DNA of 64,000 bases from the human T2T-CHM13v2.0 reference genome, Homo sapiens. The stretch lies in contig CP068257.2 of NCBI GenBank assembly GCA_009914755.4, positions 7,328,001 to 7,392,000 of the forward strand, read 5' to 3'. Below, piece by piece: positions 1 through 16,300 of this stretch. A program made the translations under genes and the position numbers. How positions within the stretch are numbered: the stretch's first letter is position 1; the number at the start of each line of letters is the position of its first letter. The notes beneath the pieces are model-generated. The model was not told the origin of the DNA and made no database searches. It worked only from the letters and a program-made list of their open reading frames with translations.

Positions 1-3000
1 AATGGAATGGAATGGAATGGAATGGAGTGGAATGGAATGGAATTGAATGGAATGGAATGGAATGGAAAGGAATCAACCTGGATGGAATGGAATGGAATGG
101 AATGGAATGGAAAGGAATCAACCCGAGTGGAAGGGAATGGAATGGAATTCAATGGAATGAAATGGAATGGGATGGTATGGAATCAACCCGAGTGGAATAT
201 TATCGAATGAAATGGAATGGAATGGGATGGTATGGAATCAACCCGAGTGGAATATTATCGAATTAAATGGAATGGAACGGAATGGAATGGAATAAAATGC
301 AATGGAATGGAATGGAATCAACCAGAGTGGAATGGAATATAATGGAATGGAATGGAATTAAATCGAGAGGAACAGAATGGAATCAACACGAGTGGAATGG
401 AATGGAATGGAATGGAATGGAATCAACCCGAGTGGAATGGAATGGAATGGAATGCAATGGAATGAAGCGGAATATAATGCAATGGAATGGAAACATCCCG
501 AGTGGAATGGAATGGTATGGAATGCAACGGAACGGAATGGAACAGAACGGAATGGAATGGAACGGAATAGATTGAATCAGAAAGGAATTGAATGCAGAGG
601 AATGGATTGGAATGGAATGCAATGGATTCAACCCTAGTTGAATGTCATGGATTGGAAAGGAATGGAATGGAACGGAATGGAATGGAATGGAGTGGAATGG
701 AATGGAATGGAGTGGAATGAAATGGTGTGGAATCAACACGAATGGAAAGGAACGAAATGGAATGGAATGGAATGGAATGGAATGGAATGGAATGGAATGG
801 AATGGAAACAACACGAATAGAATGGAACGGAATGGAATGGAATGCTGTGGAATGGAATGGAATGGAAAGGAATCAACCCGAGTGGAATGAAATGGAATGT
901 AATGCAATGGAATGGAGCGGAATCAACCTGAGTCAAATGCAATGGAATGGAATGGAATGGAGTGGAATGGAATGGAATGGAATGGAATGGAGTGGAATGG
1001 AATGGAATGGAATGGAATGGAATGGAATGGAATGGAACGGAATGGAATCCAATGGAATCAACTGGAATGGAATAGCACAGAATGGAATGGAATGGAATGG
1101 AATCAATCCGGGTGGAATGGAATGGAATGTATGGAGTGGAATGGAATGGAATGGAGTGGAATGGAATGGAATGGAATGCAGCGGAATTTAATGGAACGGA
1201 ATCAAGCCGAATGGAATGGAACGGAATGGAGTGGAAAGGAATGGAATGGAATGGAATGGAATGGAATGGAATGGAATGGAATGGAATCAACCTGAATAGG
1301 ATGGAATGGAATGGAATGGAATGGAATGGAATACAATGGAATGCTATGGAATAAACCCGAGTGTAATGGAAATGCATGGAATGGAATGGAATGGAATGGA
1401 ATGGAATGGAATCAACCCAAGTGCAATGGAATGGAATGGAATGCAATGGTATCAACCCGAGTGGAATGGAATGGAAAGGAATGAAATGAAATGGAATGGA
1501 AAGGAATGGAATGGAATCAACCCGAATGGAATGGAATGGAATGGATTGGAAAGTAAAGAATGGAATGGAATGGAATGGATTGGAATGGAATGGTATGGAA
1601 TCAACCCGAGTGGAATGGAATGGACAGGAATGGAATAGAATGGAATGGGATGGAATGGAATGCAATGGAATGGAAAGGAATGGTACGGAATGGAACGGAA
1701 TGGAATAGAATGAACACGAATGGAATGGAATGGAAAGGAATGGATTGGAATGGAATGGAATGGAATCAACCCGAGTGGAACGGAATGTAATGAAATGGAG
1801 TGGAATGGAAAGGAATGGAATGGAATGGAATGAACACGAATGGAATGGAATGGAATGCAATGGAATGGAATGGAATGGAATGGAATGGAATGGTATGGAA
1901 TCAACCCGAGTGGAATGGAATGGACAGGAATGGAATAGAATGGAATGGGATGGAATGGAATGCAATGGAATGGAATGGAATAGAAAGGAATGGTACGGAA
2001 TGGAACGGAATGGAATAGAATGAACACGAATGGAATGGAATGGAAAGGAATGGATTGGAATGGAATGGAATGGAATCAACCCGAGTGGAACGGAATGTAA
2101 TGGAATGGAGTGGAATGGAATGGAATGGAATGGAATGGAATGGAATGGAATGGAATGGAATCAACACGAATGGAATGGAATGGCATGGAATGGAAGGGAA
2201 TGGAATGAAATGGAATCAACCCTAGTGGAATGGAATGGAATGGAGTTTAATGGAATGGAATAGAATAGATTGGTATGGAATCAACCCGAGAGGAATGGTA
2301 TGGAATGGAATGCAATGGAATGGAATGGAATGCAACAAAATGGAATGGAATGGAATGGTATCAACCCGTGTGGAAGGGAATGGAATGGAATGGAATCAAC
2401 CGGAGTGGAATGGAATGGAATGGAGTGGAATGGAATGGAATGCAATGAAATGGAAAGGAACGGAATTTAATCACCCCGAGTGGAATGGAATAGAATGGAA
2501 TGGAAAGGAATGGAATCAACCCGAGTGGAATGGAATGGAATGGAATGGAATGGAATGCAATGGAATCAACCAGAGTGGAAAGGAATAGAATGGAATGGAT
2601 TATAATGCAATGGAATGGAATCAATCCTGGTGGAATGGAACGGAATGGCATGGAGTGGAATGGAACGGAATGGAATGGAATGGAATGGAATGGAATGGAA
2701 TGGAATGGAAAGGAATCAACCCGAAAGGAATGGAATGGAATGAAATGGAAAGGAATGGAATGCAATGGATTGGAATGGAATGAAATGGATTCAACCCGAA
2801 TGGAATGGAATGGAATGGAATGGAATGTTATATAATCAACACGAGTGGAATGAAATGAATGGAAAGAAATGGAATGGAATGCAATGGAATGGAATGGAAT
2901 GGAATGGAATGGAATGGAATGGAATCAACCCGAATGGAATTGAATGGAAAGGAATGGAATGGAATGGATTGGAATGGAATGGAATGGAATGGAATGGAAT

Positions 3001-6000
3001 GGAGTGGAATGGAATGGAATGGAATCATCCCGAGTGGAATGGAATGGTATGGAATGCAATGGAATGGAATGGAACAGAATGGAAAGGAATGGAATGGAAT
3101 AGATTGAATCTGAGAGGAATTGACTGGAGTGGAATGGATGGAAATGGAATGCAAGGGATTCAACCCAGTTGAATGTCATGGATTGGAAAGGAGTGGAATG
3201 GAATGGAATGGAAAGGAGTGGAATGGAATGGAATGGAATCAACACGAATGGAATGGAACGGAATGGAATGGAATGGAATGGAATGGAATGGAATGGAAAC
3301 AACACGAATGGAATGGAACGGAACGGAATGCAATGGAATGCTGTGGAATGCAATGAAATAAACACGAATAGAATGGACCGGAATGGAACGGAATGGAATG
3401 GAATGGAATGGAATGCAGTGGAATGGCATGAAATGGAAAGGAACGGAATGGAATTAACCCAAGTGGAACGGAATGGAATGGAAAGGAATCAACCCGAGTG
3501 GAATGAAATGGAATGGAATGCAATGGAATGGAGCAGAATCAATCTGAGTCTAATGCAATGGAATGGAAGGGAATGGAGTGGAATGGAATGGAATGGAATG
3601 GAATGGAATGGAATGGAATGGAACGGAATAGAATCCAATGGAATCAACTGGGATGGAATAGCATAGAATGGAATGGAATGGAATGAAATCAATCCGGGTA
3701 GAATGGAATGGAATGTATGGAGTGGAATGGAATGGAATGGAGTGGAATGGAATGGAATGGTATGGAATCAACCCGAGTGGAATGGAATTGAATGGAATTC
3801 AATGGAATGAAACGGAATATAATGGAATGGATTGGAAACATCCCGAATGGAATGGAATGGTATGGAATGCAATGGAACAGAATGGAAAAGAACGGAATGC
3901 AATGGAACGGAATAGATTGAATCAGAGAGGAATTCAATGGAGAGGAATGGACTGCAATGGAATGCAATGGATTCAAACCTAGTTGAATGTTATGGATTGG
4001 AAAGGAATGGAATGGAATGCAGTGGAATGGAATGGAGTGGAATCAACACGAATGGAATGGAACGGAATGGAATGGAATGGAATGGAATGGAATGGAATGG
4101 AATGGAACGGAATGGAATGGAAAAAACAAGAATAGAATGGAAAGGAATGGAATGGAATGCTGTGGAATGGAATGGAATGGAATGAAATAAACACGAATAG
4201 AATGGAATGGAATGGAATGCAATGGAATGGAATGGAATGGAATGGAGTGAAAGGAAAGGAACGGAATGCAATTAACCTGAGTGGAATTGAATGGAATGGA
4301 AAGGAATGAACCCGAGTGGAATGAAATGTAATGTAATGCAATGGAATGGAGCGGAATCAACCTGAGTGGAATGGAATGGACTGGAATGGAATGGAATGGA
4401 ATGGAATGGAATGGAATGGAATGCAATGGAATGGAATGCAATGGAATGGAATCAACCCGAATGGAATGGAACGAAATGGAATGGAAAGGAATGGAATGGA
4501 ATGGAATGGAATGGAATGGAATTGAATGGAATGGAATCATCCCGAGTGGAATGGAATGGTATGGAATGCAATGGAATGGAATGGAACAGAACAGAAAGGA
4601 ATGGAATGGAATAGATTGAATCCGAGAGGAATTCACTGGAGTTGAATGGATTGGAATGGAATGCAAGGGATTCAACCCAGTTGAATGTCATGGATTGGAA
4701 AGAGTGGAATGAAATGGAATGGAAAGGAGTGTAATGGAATGGAATGAAATCAACACGAATGGAATGGAACGTAAAGGAATGGAATGGAATGGAATGGAAT
4801 GGAATGGCAACAACACGAATGGAATGGAAAGGAAGGGAATGGAATGGAATGCTGTGGAATGGAATGGAATGGAATGAAATAATCACGAATAGAATGGAAC
4901 GGAATTGAACGGAATGGAATGGAATGGAATGGAATGGAATGGAATGGAAAGGAATGGAGTGGAATGGAGTAAACACCAGTGGAATGAAATGGAATCAAAT
5001 GAAATAGAATGGAATGGAATGGAATGGAATGGAATGGAATGGAATGGAATGGAATGAACCCGAATGGAATGGAATGGAATGGAATGGAATGGAATGGAAT
5101 GAAATCAACCCAAGTGGAATGGAACGGAATGGAATGCAATTGAATGGAATGGAAATGAATGGAATCAACTGTAATGGAATTAAGTGGAATGGAATAGAGT
5201 GGAATGGAATGGAATGCCATGGAATCAACCCGAGTTAAATGCAATGAAATGTAATGGAATGGAATGGAATGCAATGGAATGGAATGGAATCAACTCGAGT
5301 GGAGTGGAATAAAATGGAATGGAATGGAATGGAATCCACCCGAGTGGAATGGAATGGAATGGAATGGAATGGAATGGAATGGAATCAACCCGAGAGGAAT
5401 AAAACGGAATAGAATGGAATGGAATCAACCCGAGAGGAACGGAATGGAATGCAATGGAATGGCATCAACCCGAGTGGAATGGAATGGAAAGGAATGGAAT
5501 GGAACAGAACGGAATGCAATGGAATCACCTGGAATGGAATAGAATGGATTGGAATGGAATGGAATGGAATGGTATGGAATCAACCAGAGTGGAATAGTAT
5601 GGAATGGAATGGAATGGAATGCCATAAAATGGAATGTAATGCAATGGAATCCACCCGAGTGGAATTGAATGGAATGGAAGGGAAGGGAACGGAATCTAAT
5701 GATTTTAACCCGAGTGGAATGGAATGGAATGGAAGGAATGGAATCAACCCGAGTGGAATGAAATGGAATGTAATGCAATGGAATGGAGAGGAAAAAACTC
5801 GAATGGAATAGAATGGAATGGAATGGACTGCAATGGAATGGAACGGAATGGAATCCAATGGAAACATCTGGAAAGGAATGGAATGGAATGGAATGGAGTG
5901 GAATGGAATCAATCCGGGTGGAATGGAATGGAATCTAAAGGAGTAGAATGGAATGGAATGGAATGGAATGGAATGGAACGGAATGGAACGAAATGGATTT

Positions 6001-9000
6001 GAATGGCATGGAATGAACCCGAAAGGAATGGAATGGAATGGAATGGAATAGAATGGAATGGAATGAAATGGAATAGAAACAACTGGAGTGGAATGGAATG
6101 TAATGGAATGGAGTGGAATGGAATGGAATTGAATGGAATGGAATGCGATGGAATGGAATCAACCCGATTGGAATGGAATGGAATGGAAAGGAATGGAATG
6201 GAATCAACCAGAGTGGAATGGAATGGAATGGAATGCAATGGAATTGAACAGAATACAATGGAATTGAATGGAGTCATCCCGAGTGGAATGGGATTGTATG
6301 CAATGCAACGGAATGGAATGGAACAGAACGGAATGGAATGGAATCAATAGATTGAATCCGAGTGGAATTGAATGGAATGGAATGGATTGGAATGGAATGG
6401 AATGGATTGGAATGGAAAGCAATGGTTTCAAACCGATTGGAATGTCATGGATTGCAATGGAGTGGAATGGAATGGAATGGAAAGGAATGGACTGGAATGG
6501 AGGAAACACCAGTGGAATGAAAGGGAATGGAATGAAATAGAATGGAATGGAATGGAATGGAATGAACCCGAATGGAATGGAATGGAATGGAAAGAAATCA
6601 ACCCGAGTGGAATGGAACGGATTGGAATGCAATTAAATGGAATGGAAAGGAATGGAAATAAAACGAATGGAATGGAACGGAATGGAAAGGAATGGAATGG
6701 AATGGAATGGAAACAACACGAATGGAATGGAACGGAACGGAATGGAATGGAATGCTGTGGAATGGAATGGAATGGAATGAAATAAACACGAATAGAATGG
6801 AACGGAATGGAATTAACCCGAGTGGAACGGAATGGAATGGAATGGAATGGAATGGAATCCAGCCGAATGGGATGGATTGCAATGGAATGGAATGGAATGG
6901 AATAGAATCAACCCGAATGGAATGGAACGGAATGGAATGAAAAGGAATGGAATGGAAAGGAATGGAATGGAATAGAATGGAATAAACCAGAATGGAATGG
7001 AATGGAATGGATTGGAATGGAATGGAATGGAATGGAATGCTATGGAATCAACAGGAGGGTAATGGAAATGAATGGAATGGAATGGAATGGAATGGAATAA
7101 ACCCAAGTGCAATGGAATGGAATAGAATGCAATGGAATCAACCCAAGTGGAATGGAATAGAAAGGCATGCAATGGAATGGAATGGAAAGCAAAGGAATGG
7201 AATCAACCAGACTGGAATGGAATGGAATGGAAAGGAATGAAGGGAATGGAATGGAATGGAAAGGTATGGAATCAACTCGAGTGGAATGGAATGGAATGGA
7301 ATGGAATGGAATGGAATGGAATGGAATGGAATGGAGTGGAATGGAAGGCAAGGCAATGGAATGGAATGGAATGGAATGGAACGGAACGGAATGGATTTGA
7401 ATGGCATAGAATGAACCCGACTGGAATGGAATGCAATGGAATGGAATGGAATGGAATGGAATGGAATGGAATGGAATGGAAAAGAATCAAATCGAATGGA
7501 ATGGAATGGAATGGAATGGAGTGGAATGGAATGGAATTGAATGGAATGGAATGGAATGGAAAGGAATCAACCCGGATGGAATGGAATGGAATGGAATGGA
7601 ATGGAATGGAATGGAATGGAATCAAACCGAGTGGAATGGAATGGAATGGAATTCAATGGAATGAAATGGAATGGGATGGTATGGAATCAACCCGAGTGGA
7701 ATATTATCGAATGAAATGGAATGGAATGGGATGGTATGGAATCAACCCGAGTGGAATATTATCGAATTAAATGGAATGGAACGGAATGGAATGGAATAAA
7801 ATGCAATGGAATGGAATGGAATCAACCAGAGTGGAATGGAATATAATGGAATGGAATGGAATTAAATCGAGAGGAACAGAATGGAATCAACACGAGTGGA
7901 ATGGAATGGAATGGAATGGAATGGAATCAACCCGAGTGGAATGGAATGCAATGGAATGAAGCGGAATATAATGCAATGGAATGGAAACATCCCGAGTGGA
8001 ATGGAATGGTATGGAATGCAACGGAATGGAATGGAACAGAACGGAATGGAATGGAACGGAATAGATTGAATCAGAGAGGAATTGAATGCAGAGGAATGGA
8101 TTGGAATGGAATGCAATGGATTCAACCCTAGTTGAATGTCATGGATTGGAAAGGAATGGAATGGAACGGAATGGAATGGAATGGAGTGGAATGAAATGGT
8201 GTGGAATCAACACGAATGGAAAGGAACGAAATGGAATGGAATGGAATGGAATGGAATGGAATGGAATGGAATGGAATGGAATGGAAACAACACGAATAGA
8301 ATGGAACGGAATGGAATGGAATGCTGTGGAATGGAATGGAATGGAAAGGAATCAACCCGAGTGGAATGAAATGGAATGTAATGCAATGGAATGGAGCGGA
8401 ATCAACCTGAGTCAAATGAAATGGAATGGAGTGGAATGGAGTGGAATGGAATGGAATGGAATGGAATGGAATGGAATGGAACGGAATGGAATCCAATGGA
8501 ATCAACTGGAATGGAATAGCACAGAATGGAATGGAATGGAATGGAATCAATCCGGGTGGAATGGAATGGAATGTATGGAGTGGAATGGAATGGAATGGAG
8601 TGGAATGGAATGGAATGGAATGCAGCGGAATTTAATGGAACGGAATCAACCCGAATGGAATGGAACGGAATGGAGTGGAAAGGAATGGAATGGAATGGAA
8701 TGGAATGGAATGGAATGGAATCAACCTGAATAGGATGGAATGGAATGGAATGGAATGGAATACAATGGAATGCTATGGAATAAACACGAGTGTAATGGAA
8801 ATGCATGGAATGGAATGGAATGGAATGGAATGGAATCAACCCAAGTGCAATGGAATGGAATGGAATGCAATGGTATCAACCCGAGTGGAATGGAATGGAA
8901 AGGAATGAAATGAAATGGAATGGAAAGGAATGGAATGGAATCAACCCGAATGGAATGGAATGGAATGGAATGGAATGGAAAGTAAAGAATGGAATGGAAT

Positions 9001-12000
9001 GGAATGGATTGGAATGGAATGGTATGGAATCAACCCGAGTGGAATGGAATGGACAGGAATGGAATAGAATGGAATGGGATGGAATGGAATGCAATGGAAT
9101 GGAAAGGAATAGTACGGAATGGAACGGAATGGAATAGAATGAACACGAACGGAATGGAATGGAAAGGAATGGATTGGAATGGAATGGAATGGAATCAACC
9201 CGAGTGGAACGGAGTGTAATGAAATGGAGAGGAAAGGAAAGGAATGGAATGGAATGGAATAAACACGAATGGAATGGAATGGAATGGAATGGAATGGAAT
9301 GGAATGGAATGGTATGGAATCAACCCGAGTGGAATGGAATGGACAGGAATGGAATAGAATGGAATGGGATGGAATGGAATGCAATGGAATGGAATGGAAT
9401 AGAAAGGAATGGTACGGAATGGAACGGAATGGAATAGAATGAACACGAATGGAATGGAATGGAAAGGAATGGATTGGAATGGAATGGAATGGAATCAACC
9501 CGAGTGGAACGGAATGTAATGGAATGGAGTGGAATGGAATGGAATGGAATGGAATGGAATGGAATGGAATCAACACGAATGGAATGGAATGGCATGGAAT
9601 GGAAGGGAATGGAATGAAATGGAATCAACCCTAGTGGAATGGAATGGAATGGAGTTTAATGGAATGGTATAGAATAGATTGGTATGGAATCAACCCGAGA
9701 GGAATGGTATGGAATGGAATGCAATGGAATGGAATGGAATGCAACAAAATGGAATGGAATGGAATGGTATCAACCCGAGTGGAAGGGAATGGAATGGAAT
9801 GGAATCAACCGGAGTGGAATGGAATGGAATGGAGTGGAATGGAATGGAATGCAATGAAATGGAAAGGAACGGAATTTAATCACCCCGAGTGGAATGGAAT
9901 AGAATGGAATGGAAAGGAATGGAATCAACCCGAGTGGAATGGAATGGAATGGAATGGAATGGAATGGAATGGAATGGAATGGAATCAACCTGAGTGGAAT
10001 GGAATGGAATGGAATGGAATGGAATGGAATGAACACGAGTGGAATGGAATAGAATGAAATGCAATGGAATGAAATGGAATGCAATGGAATGGAATGGAAT
10101 GCAAGGCATTGGAATCAACTGGAATGGAATGGAATGCAATGGAATGGAATGGAATGCAATGGAATCAACCAGAGTGGAAAGGAATAGAATGGAATGGATT
10201 ATAATGCAATGGAATGGAATCAATCCTGGTGGAATGGAACGGAATGGCATGGAGTGGAATGGAACGGAATGGAATGGAATGGAATGGAATGGAATGGAAT
10301 GGAATGGAAAGGAATCAACCCGAAAGGAATGGAATGGAATGAAATGGAAAGGAATGGAATGCAATGGATTGGAATGGAATGAAATGGATTCAACCCGAAT
10401 GGAATGGAATGGAATGGAATGGAATGTTATATAATCAACACGAGTGGAATGAAATGAATGGAAAGAAATGGAATGGAATGCAATGGAATGGAATGGAATG
10501 GAATGGAATGGAATCAACCCGAATGGAATTGAATGGAAAGGAATGGAATGGAATGGATTGGAATGGAATGGAATGGAATGGAATGGAATGGAGTGGAATG
10601 GAATGGAATGGAATCATCCCGAGTGGAATGGAATGGTATGGAATGCAATGGAATGGAATGGAACAGAACGGAAAGGAATGGAATGGAATAGATTGAATCT
10701 GAGAGGAATTGACTGGAGTGGAATGGATGGAAATGGAATGCAAGGGATTCAACCCAGTTGAATGTCATGGATCGGAAAGGAGTGGAATGGAATGGAATGG
10801 AAAGGAGTGGAATGGAATGGAATGGAATCAACACGAATGGAATGGAACGGAATGGAATGGAATGGAATGGAATGGAATGGAATGGAATGGAATGGAATGG
10901 AATTGAATGGAATGGAAACAACACGAATGGAATGGAACGGAACGGAATGCAATGGAATGCTGTGGAATGCAATGAAATAAACACGAATAGAATGGACCGG
11001 AATGGAACGGAATGGAATGGAATGGAATGGAATGCAGTGGAATGGCATGAAATGGAAAGGAACGGAATGGAATTAACCCGAGTGGAACGGAATGGAATGG
11101 AAAGGAATAAACCCGAGTGGAATGAAATGGAATGTAATGCAATGGAATGGAGCAGAATCAATCTGAGTCTAATGCAATGGAATGGAAGGGAATGGAGTGG
11201 AATGGAATGGAATGGAATGGAATGGAATGGAATGGAATGGAACGGAATAGAATCCAATGGAATCAACTGGGATGGAATAGCATAGAATGGAATGGAATGG
11301 AATGAAATCAATCCGGGTAGAATGGAATGGAATGTATGGAGTGGAATGGAATGGAATGGAGTGGAATGGAATGGAATGGTATGGAATCAACCCGAGTGGA
11401 ATGGAATTGAATGGAATTCAATGGAATGAAACGGAATATAATGGAATGGATTGGAAACATCCCGAATGGAATGGTATGGAATACAATGGAATAGAATGGA
11501 AAAGAACGGAATGCAATGGAACGGAATAGATTGAATCAGAGAGGAATTCAATGGAGAGGAATGGACTGCAATGGAATGCAATGGATTCAAACCTAGTTGA
11601 ATGTTATGGATTGGAAAGGAATGGAATGGAATGCAGTGGAATGGAATGGAGTGGAATCAACACGAATGGAATGGAACGGAATGGAATGGAATGGAATGGA
11701 ATGGAATGGAATGGAACGGAATGGAATGGAAAAAACACGAATAGAATGGAACGGAATGGAATGGAATGCTGTGGAATGGAATGGAATGGAATGAAATAAA
11801 CACGAATAGAATGGAATGGAATGGAATGCAATGGAATGGAATGGAATGGAATGGAGTGAAAGGAAAGGAACGGAATGCAATTAACCTGAGTGGTATTGAA
11901 TGGAATGGAAAGGAATGAACCCGAGTGGAATGAAATGTAATGTAATGCAATGGAATGGAGCGGAATCAACCTGAGTGGAATGGAATGGAATGGAATGGAA

Positions 12001-15000
12001 TGGAATGGAATGGAATGGAATGCAATGGAATGGAATGGAATGCAATGGAATGGAATGCAATGGAATGGAATCAACCCGAATGGAATGGAACGGAATGGAA
12101 TGGAAAGGAATGGAATGGAATGGAATGGAATGGAATGGAATGGAATGGAATGGAATCATCCCGAGTGGAATGGAATGGTATGGAATGCAATGGAATGGAA
12201 TGGAACAGAACAGAAAGGAATGGAATGGAATAGATTGAATCCGAGAGGAATTGACTGGAGTTGAATGGATTCGAATGGAATGCAAGGGATTCAACCCAGT
12301 TGAATGTCATGGATTGGAAAGGAGTGGAATGAAATGGAATGGAAAGGAGTGGAATGGAATGGAATGGAATCAACACGAATGGAATGGAACGTAAAGGAAT
12401 GGAATGGAATGGAATGGAATGGAATGGAATGGAATGGCAACAACACGAATGGAATGGAAAGGAACGGAATGGAATGGAATGCTGTGGAATGGAATGGAAT
12501 GGAATGAAATAATCACGAATAGAATGGAACGGAATTGAACGGAATGGAATGGAATGGAATGGAATGGAATAGCATGAAATGGAAAGGAACGAAATGGAAT
12601 TAACCCTAGTGGAACGGAATGGAATGGAAAGGAATCAACCCGAGTGGAATGAAAGGGAATATAATGCAATGGAATGTAGCGGAATGAACCTGAGTCTAAT
12701 GCAATGGAATGGAATGGAATGGAGTGGAATGGAATGGAACGGAATGGAATGGAATGGAATGGAATGGAACGGAATGGAATCCAATGGAATCAACTGGGAT
12801 GGAATAGCATAGAATGGAATGGAATGGAATGGAATCAATCCGAGTGCAATGGAATGGAATGTATGGAGTGGAATGGAATGGAATGCAGTGAAATGGAATG
12901 GAATGGAATCAAACCGAATGGAATGGAACGGAATGGAATGGAATGGAAAGGAATGGAATGGAATGGAATGGTATGGAATGGAATGGAATGGAATGGAATG
13001 GAATGGAATAGAATCAACCCGAATGGGATGGAATGGAATGGAATGGAAGGGAATGCAATGGAATGCAATGGAATGCTATGGAATCATCCCGAGTGTAATG
13101 GAAATGCATGGAATGGAATGGAATGGAATGGAATGGAATGGAATGGAATGGAATCAACCCAAGTGCAATGGAATGGAATGGAATGCAACGGAATCAACCC
13201 GAGTGGAATGGAATGGAATGGAATGGAATGGAATGGAATGGAATGGAATGGAAAGGTATGAATGGAATGGAATGGAATGGAATGGAAACAGCACGAATGG
13301 AATGGCATGGAATGTAATGTAATGTAATGGAATGGAATGGAATGGAATGGAATGGAATGGAATGGAATGGCATGGAATCAACCCGAGTGGAATGGAATGG
13401 AATGGAGTTTAATGGAATGGAATAGAATAGATTGGTACGGAATCAACCCGTGAGGAATGGTATGGAATGGAATGCAATGGAATGGAATGGAATGGAATAA
13501 AATGGAATGGAATGGAATGGAATGGAATCAACCCGAGTGGAAGGGAATGGAATGGAACAGAACCAACCGGAGTGGAATGGAATTGAATGGAGTGGAATGG
13601 ACTGGACTGCAATGAAATGGAAAGGAACGGAATGGAATCAACCCGGGTAGAATGGAATAGAGTGGAATGGAATGGAATGGAATAAACCCAACTGGAATGG
13701 TATGGAATGGAATGGAATGGAATTAACACGAGTGGAATGGAATGGAATGGATTGCAATGGAATCAACAGGAGTGGAATGGTATAGAATGGAACGGATTAT
13801 AATGCAATGGAATGGAATCAATCCTGATGGAATGGAACGGAATGGCATAGAGTGGAATGGAATGGAATTGAATGGAATGGAATGGAATGGAATGGAATCA
13901 TCCCAAAAGGAATGGAACGGAATGAAATGGAAAGGAATGGAATGCAATGGATTTGAATGGAATGAAATGGATTCAACCCGAATGGAATGGAATGGAATGG
14001 AATGTTGTGGAATCAACACGAGTGGAATGAAATGAATGGATTGGAATGCAATGGAACGGAATGGAATGGAATCAACCTGAATGGAAAGGAACGGAATGGA
14101 ATGGAAAGGAATGAAATGGAATGGAATGGAATGGAATGGAATGGAATGGAATCATCCCGAGTGGAATGGAATGGTATGAAATGCAGTGGAATGGATTGGA
14201 ACAGAACGGAAAGGAATGGAATGTAATAGATTGAATCCGAGAGGAATTGTCTGGAGTGGAAAGGATTGGAATGGAATGCAAGGGATTCAACCCAGTTGAA
14301 TGTCATGTATTGGAAAGGAGTGGAATGGAATGGAATGGAAAGGAGTGGAATGGAATGGAATGCAATCAACACGAATGGAATGGAACGGAAAGGAATGGAA
14401 TGGAATGGAATGGAAACAACACGAATGGAATGGAACGGAACGGAATGCAATGGAATGCTGTGGAATGGAATGGAATGGAATGAAATAAACACGAATAGAA
14501 TGGAACGGAATGGAACGGAATGGAATGGAATGGAATGGAATGGAATGGAATGGAATGACATGAAATGGAAAGGAATGGCATGGAATCAACCCGAGTGAAA
14601 TGAAATGGAATGTAATGCAATGGAATGGAGCGGAATCAACCTGAGTCTAATGCAATGGAATGGAATGGAATGGAGTGGAATGGAATGGAATGGAATGGAA
14701 AGGAATGAATGGAATGGAATTAAATGGAATAGAATGGAATCAGCACGAATGGAATGGAATGGCATGGAATGGAATGGAATGGAATGGAAAGGATCGGAAT
14801 GGAATCAACCCGAGTAGAATGGAATAGAATGGAATGGAATGGAATGGAATCAACCCGAATGGAATGGAATGGAATGGAATGGAATGGAATGGAATGGAAT
14901 GGAATGAACACGAGTGGAATGGAATAGAATGGAATGCAATTGAATGGAATGGAATGCAAGGCATTGGAATCAACTGGAATGGAATGGAATGGATTGCAAT

Positions 15001-16300
15001 GGAACGAACCGGAGTGGAATCGAATAGAATGGAATGGATTATAATGCAATGGAATGGAATCAATCCTGGTGGAATGGAACAGAATGGCATGGAGTGGAAT
15101 GGAATGGAATGGAATGGAATGGAATGGAATGGAATGGAATGGAATCAACCCGAAAGGAATGGAATGGAATGAAATGGAAAGGAATGGAATGCAATGAGTT
15201 GGAATGGAATGAAATGTATTCAACCAGAATGGAATGGAATGGAATGTTATGGAATCAACACGAATGGAATGAAATGAATGGAATGGAATGGAATGGAATG
15301 CAATGGAATGGAATGGAATGGAATCAACCCAAATGAAATGGAACGGAATGGAATGGAAAGGAATGGAATGGAATGGAATGGAATGGAATGGAATCATCTC
15401 GAGTGGAATGGAATGGTATGGAATGCAATGGAATGGAATGGAACAGAACGGAAAGGAATGGAATGGAATAGATGGAATACGAGAAGAATTGACTGGAGTG
15501 GAATGGATTAGAATGCAATGCAAGGGATTCAACCCAGTTGAATGTCATGGATTGGAAAGCACTGGAATGGAATGGAGTGGAAAGTAGTGGAATGGAATGG
15601 AATGCAATGAACACGAATGGAATGGAATGGAAAGGAATGGAATGGAATGGAACGGAATGCAATGGAATGGAATGGAATGGAATCAACACGAATGGAATGG
15701 AACAGAATGGAATGGAAAGGAATGGAATGGAATGGAATGGAATGGAATGGAATCATCCAGAGTAGAAGGGAATGGTATGCAATGCAATGGAATGGAATGG
15801 AACAAAAAGGAAAGGAATGGAATGGAATAGGTTGAATCCGAGAGGAATTTACTGGAGTGGAATGGATTGGAATGGAATGCAAGGGATTCAACCCAGTTGA
15901 ATGTCATGGATTGGAAAGGAGTGGAATGGAATGGAATGGAAAGGAGTGGAATGGAATGGAATGCAATCAACACGAATGGAATGGAAAGGAACGGAAAGGA
16001 ATGGAATGGAATGGAATGGAATGGAATGGAATGGAATGGAAACAACACGAATGGAATGGAACGGAACGGAATGGAATGAAATGCTATAGAATGGAATGGA
16101 GTGGAATGAAATAAACACGAATAGAATGGAACGGAATGGAACGGAATGGAATGGAATGGAATCAACAGGACGGTAATGGAATGGAATGGAATGGAATGGA
16201 ATGGAATGGAATGGAACGGAACGGAATCACCCTGAGTGTAATGGAAGGGAATTGAATGGATTGGAATCAACGGCAGTGGAATGGAAAGGAATGGAATGGA
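1..16300 (+). repeat. HSat3 (GGAAT)n satellite, block A; ~7.5–7.6 kb higher-order repeat, two-plus copies
   Basis: Continuous GGAAT pentamers with interspersed CAACCCGAGT / CAACACGAATGG 10-mers. Segments recur at offsets of 7494–7619 bp: 267–575 vs 7771–7959, 642–890 vs 8136–8369, 1306–1638 vs 8805–9137, 3169–3666 vs 10758–11285, and 4341 vs 11950. Confidence 0.9.

Noticed and set aside
160-200. GGAATTCAATGGAA-type sites (e.g. ~165, 3787, 7640, 11405, 34380, 41758, 52448, 58040) as heat-shock elements
   Set aside because: They contain GAA/TTC in opposite orientation but not with canonical nGAAnnTTCnnGAAn spacing. HSF1 association with HSat3 is established knowledge, but a specific HSE cannot be supported from these sites alone.
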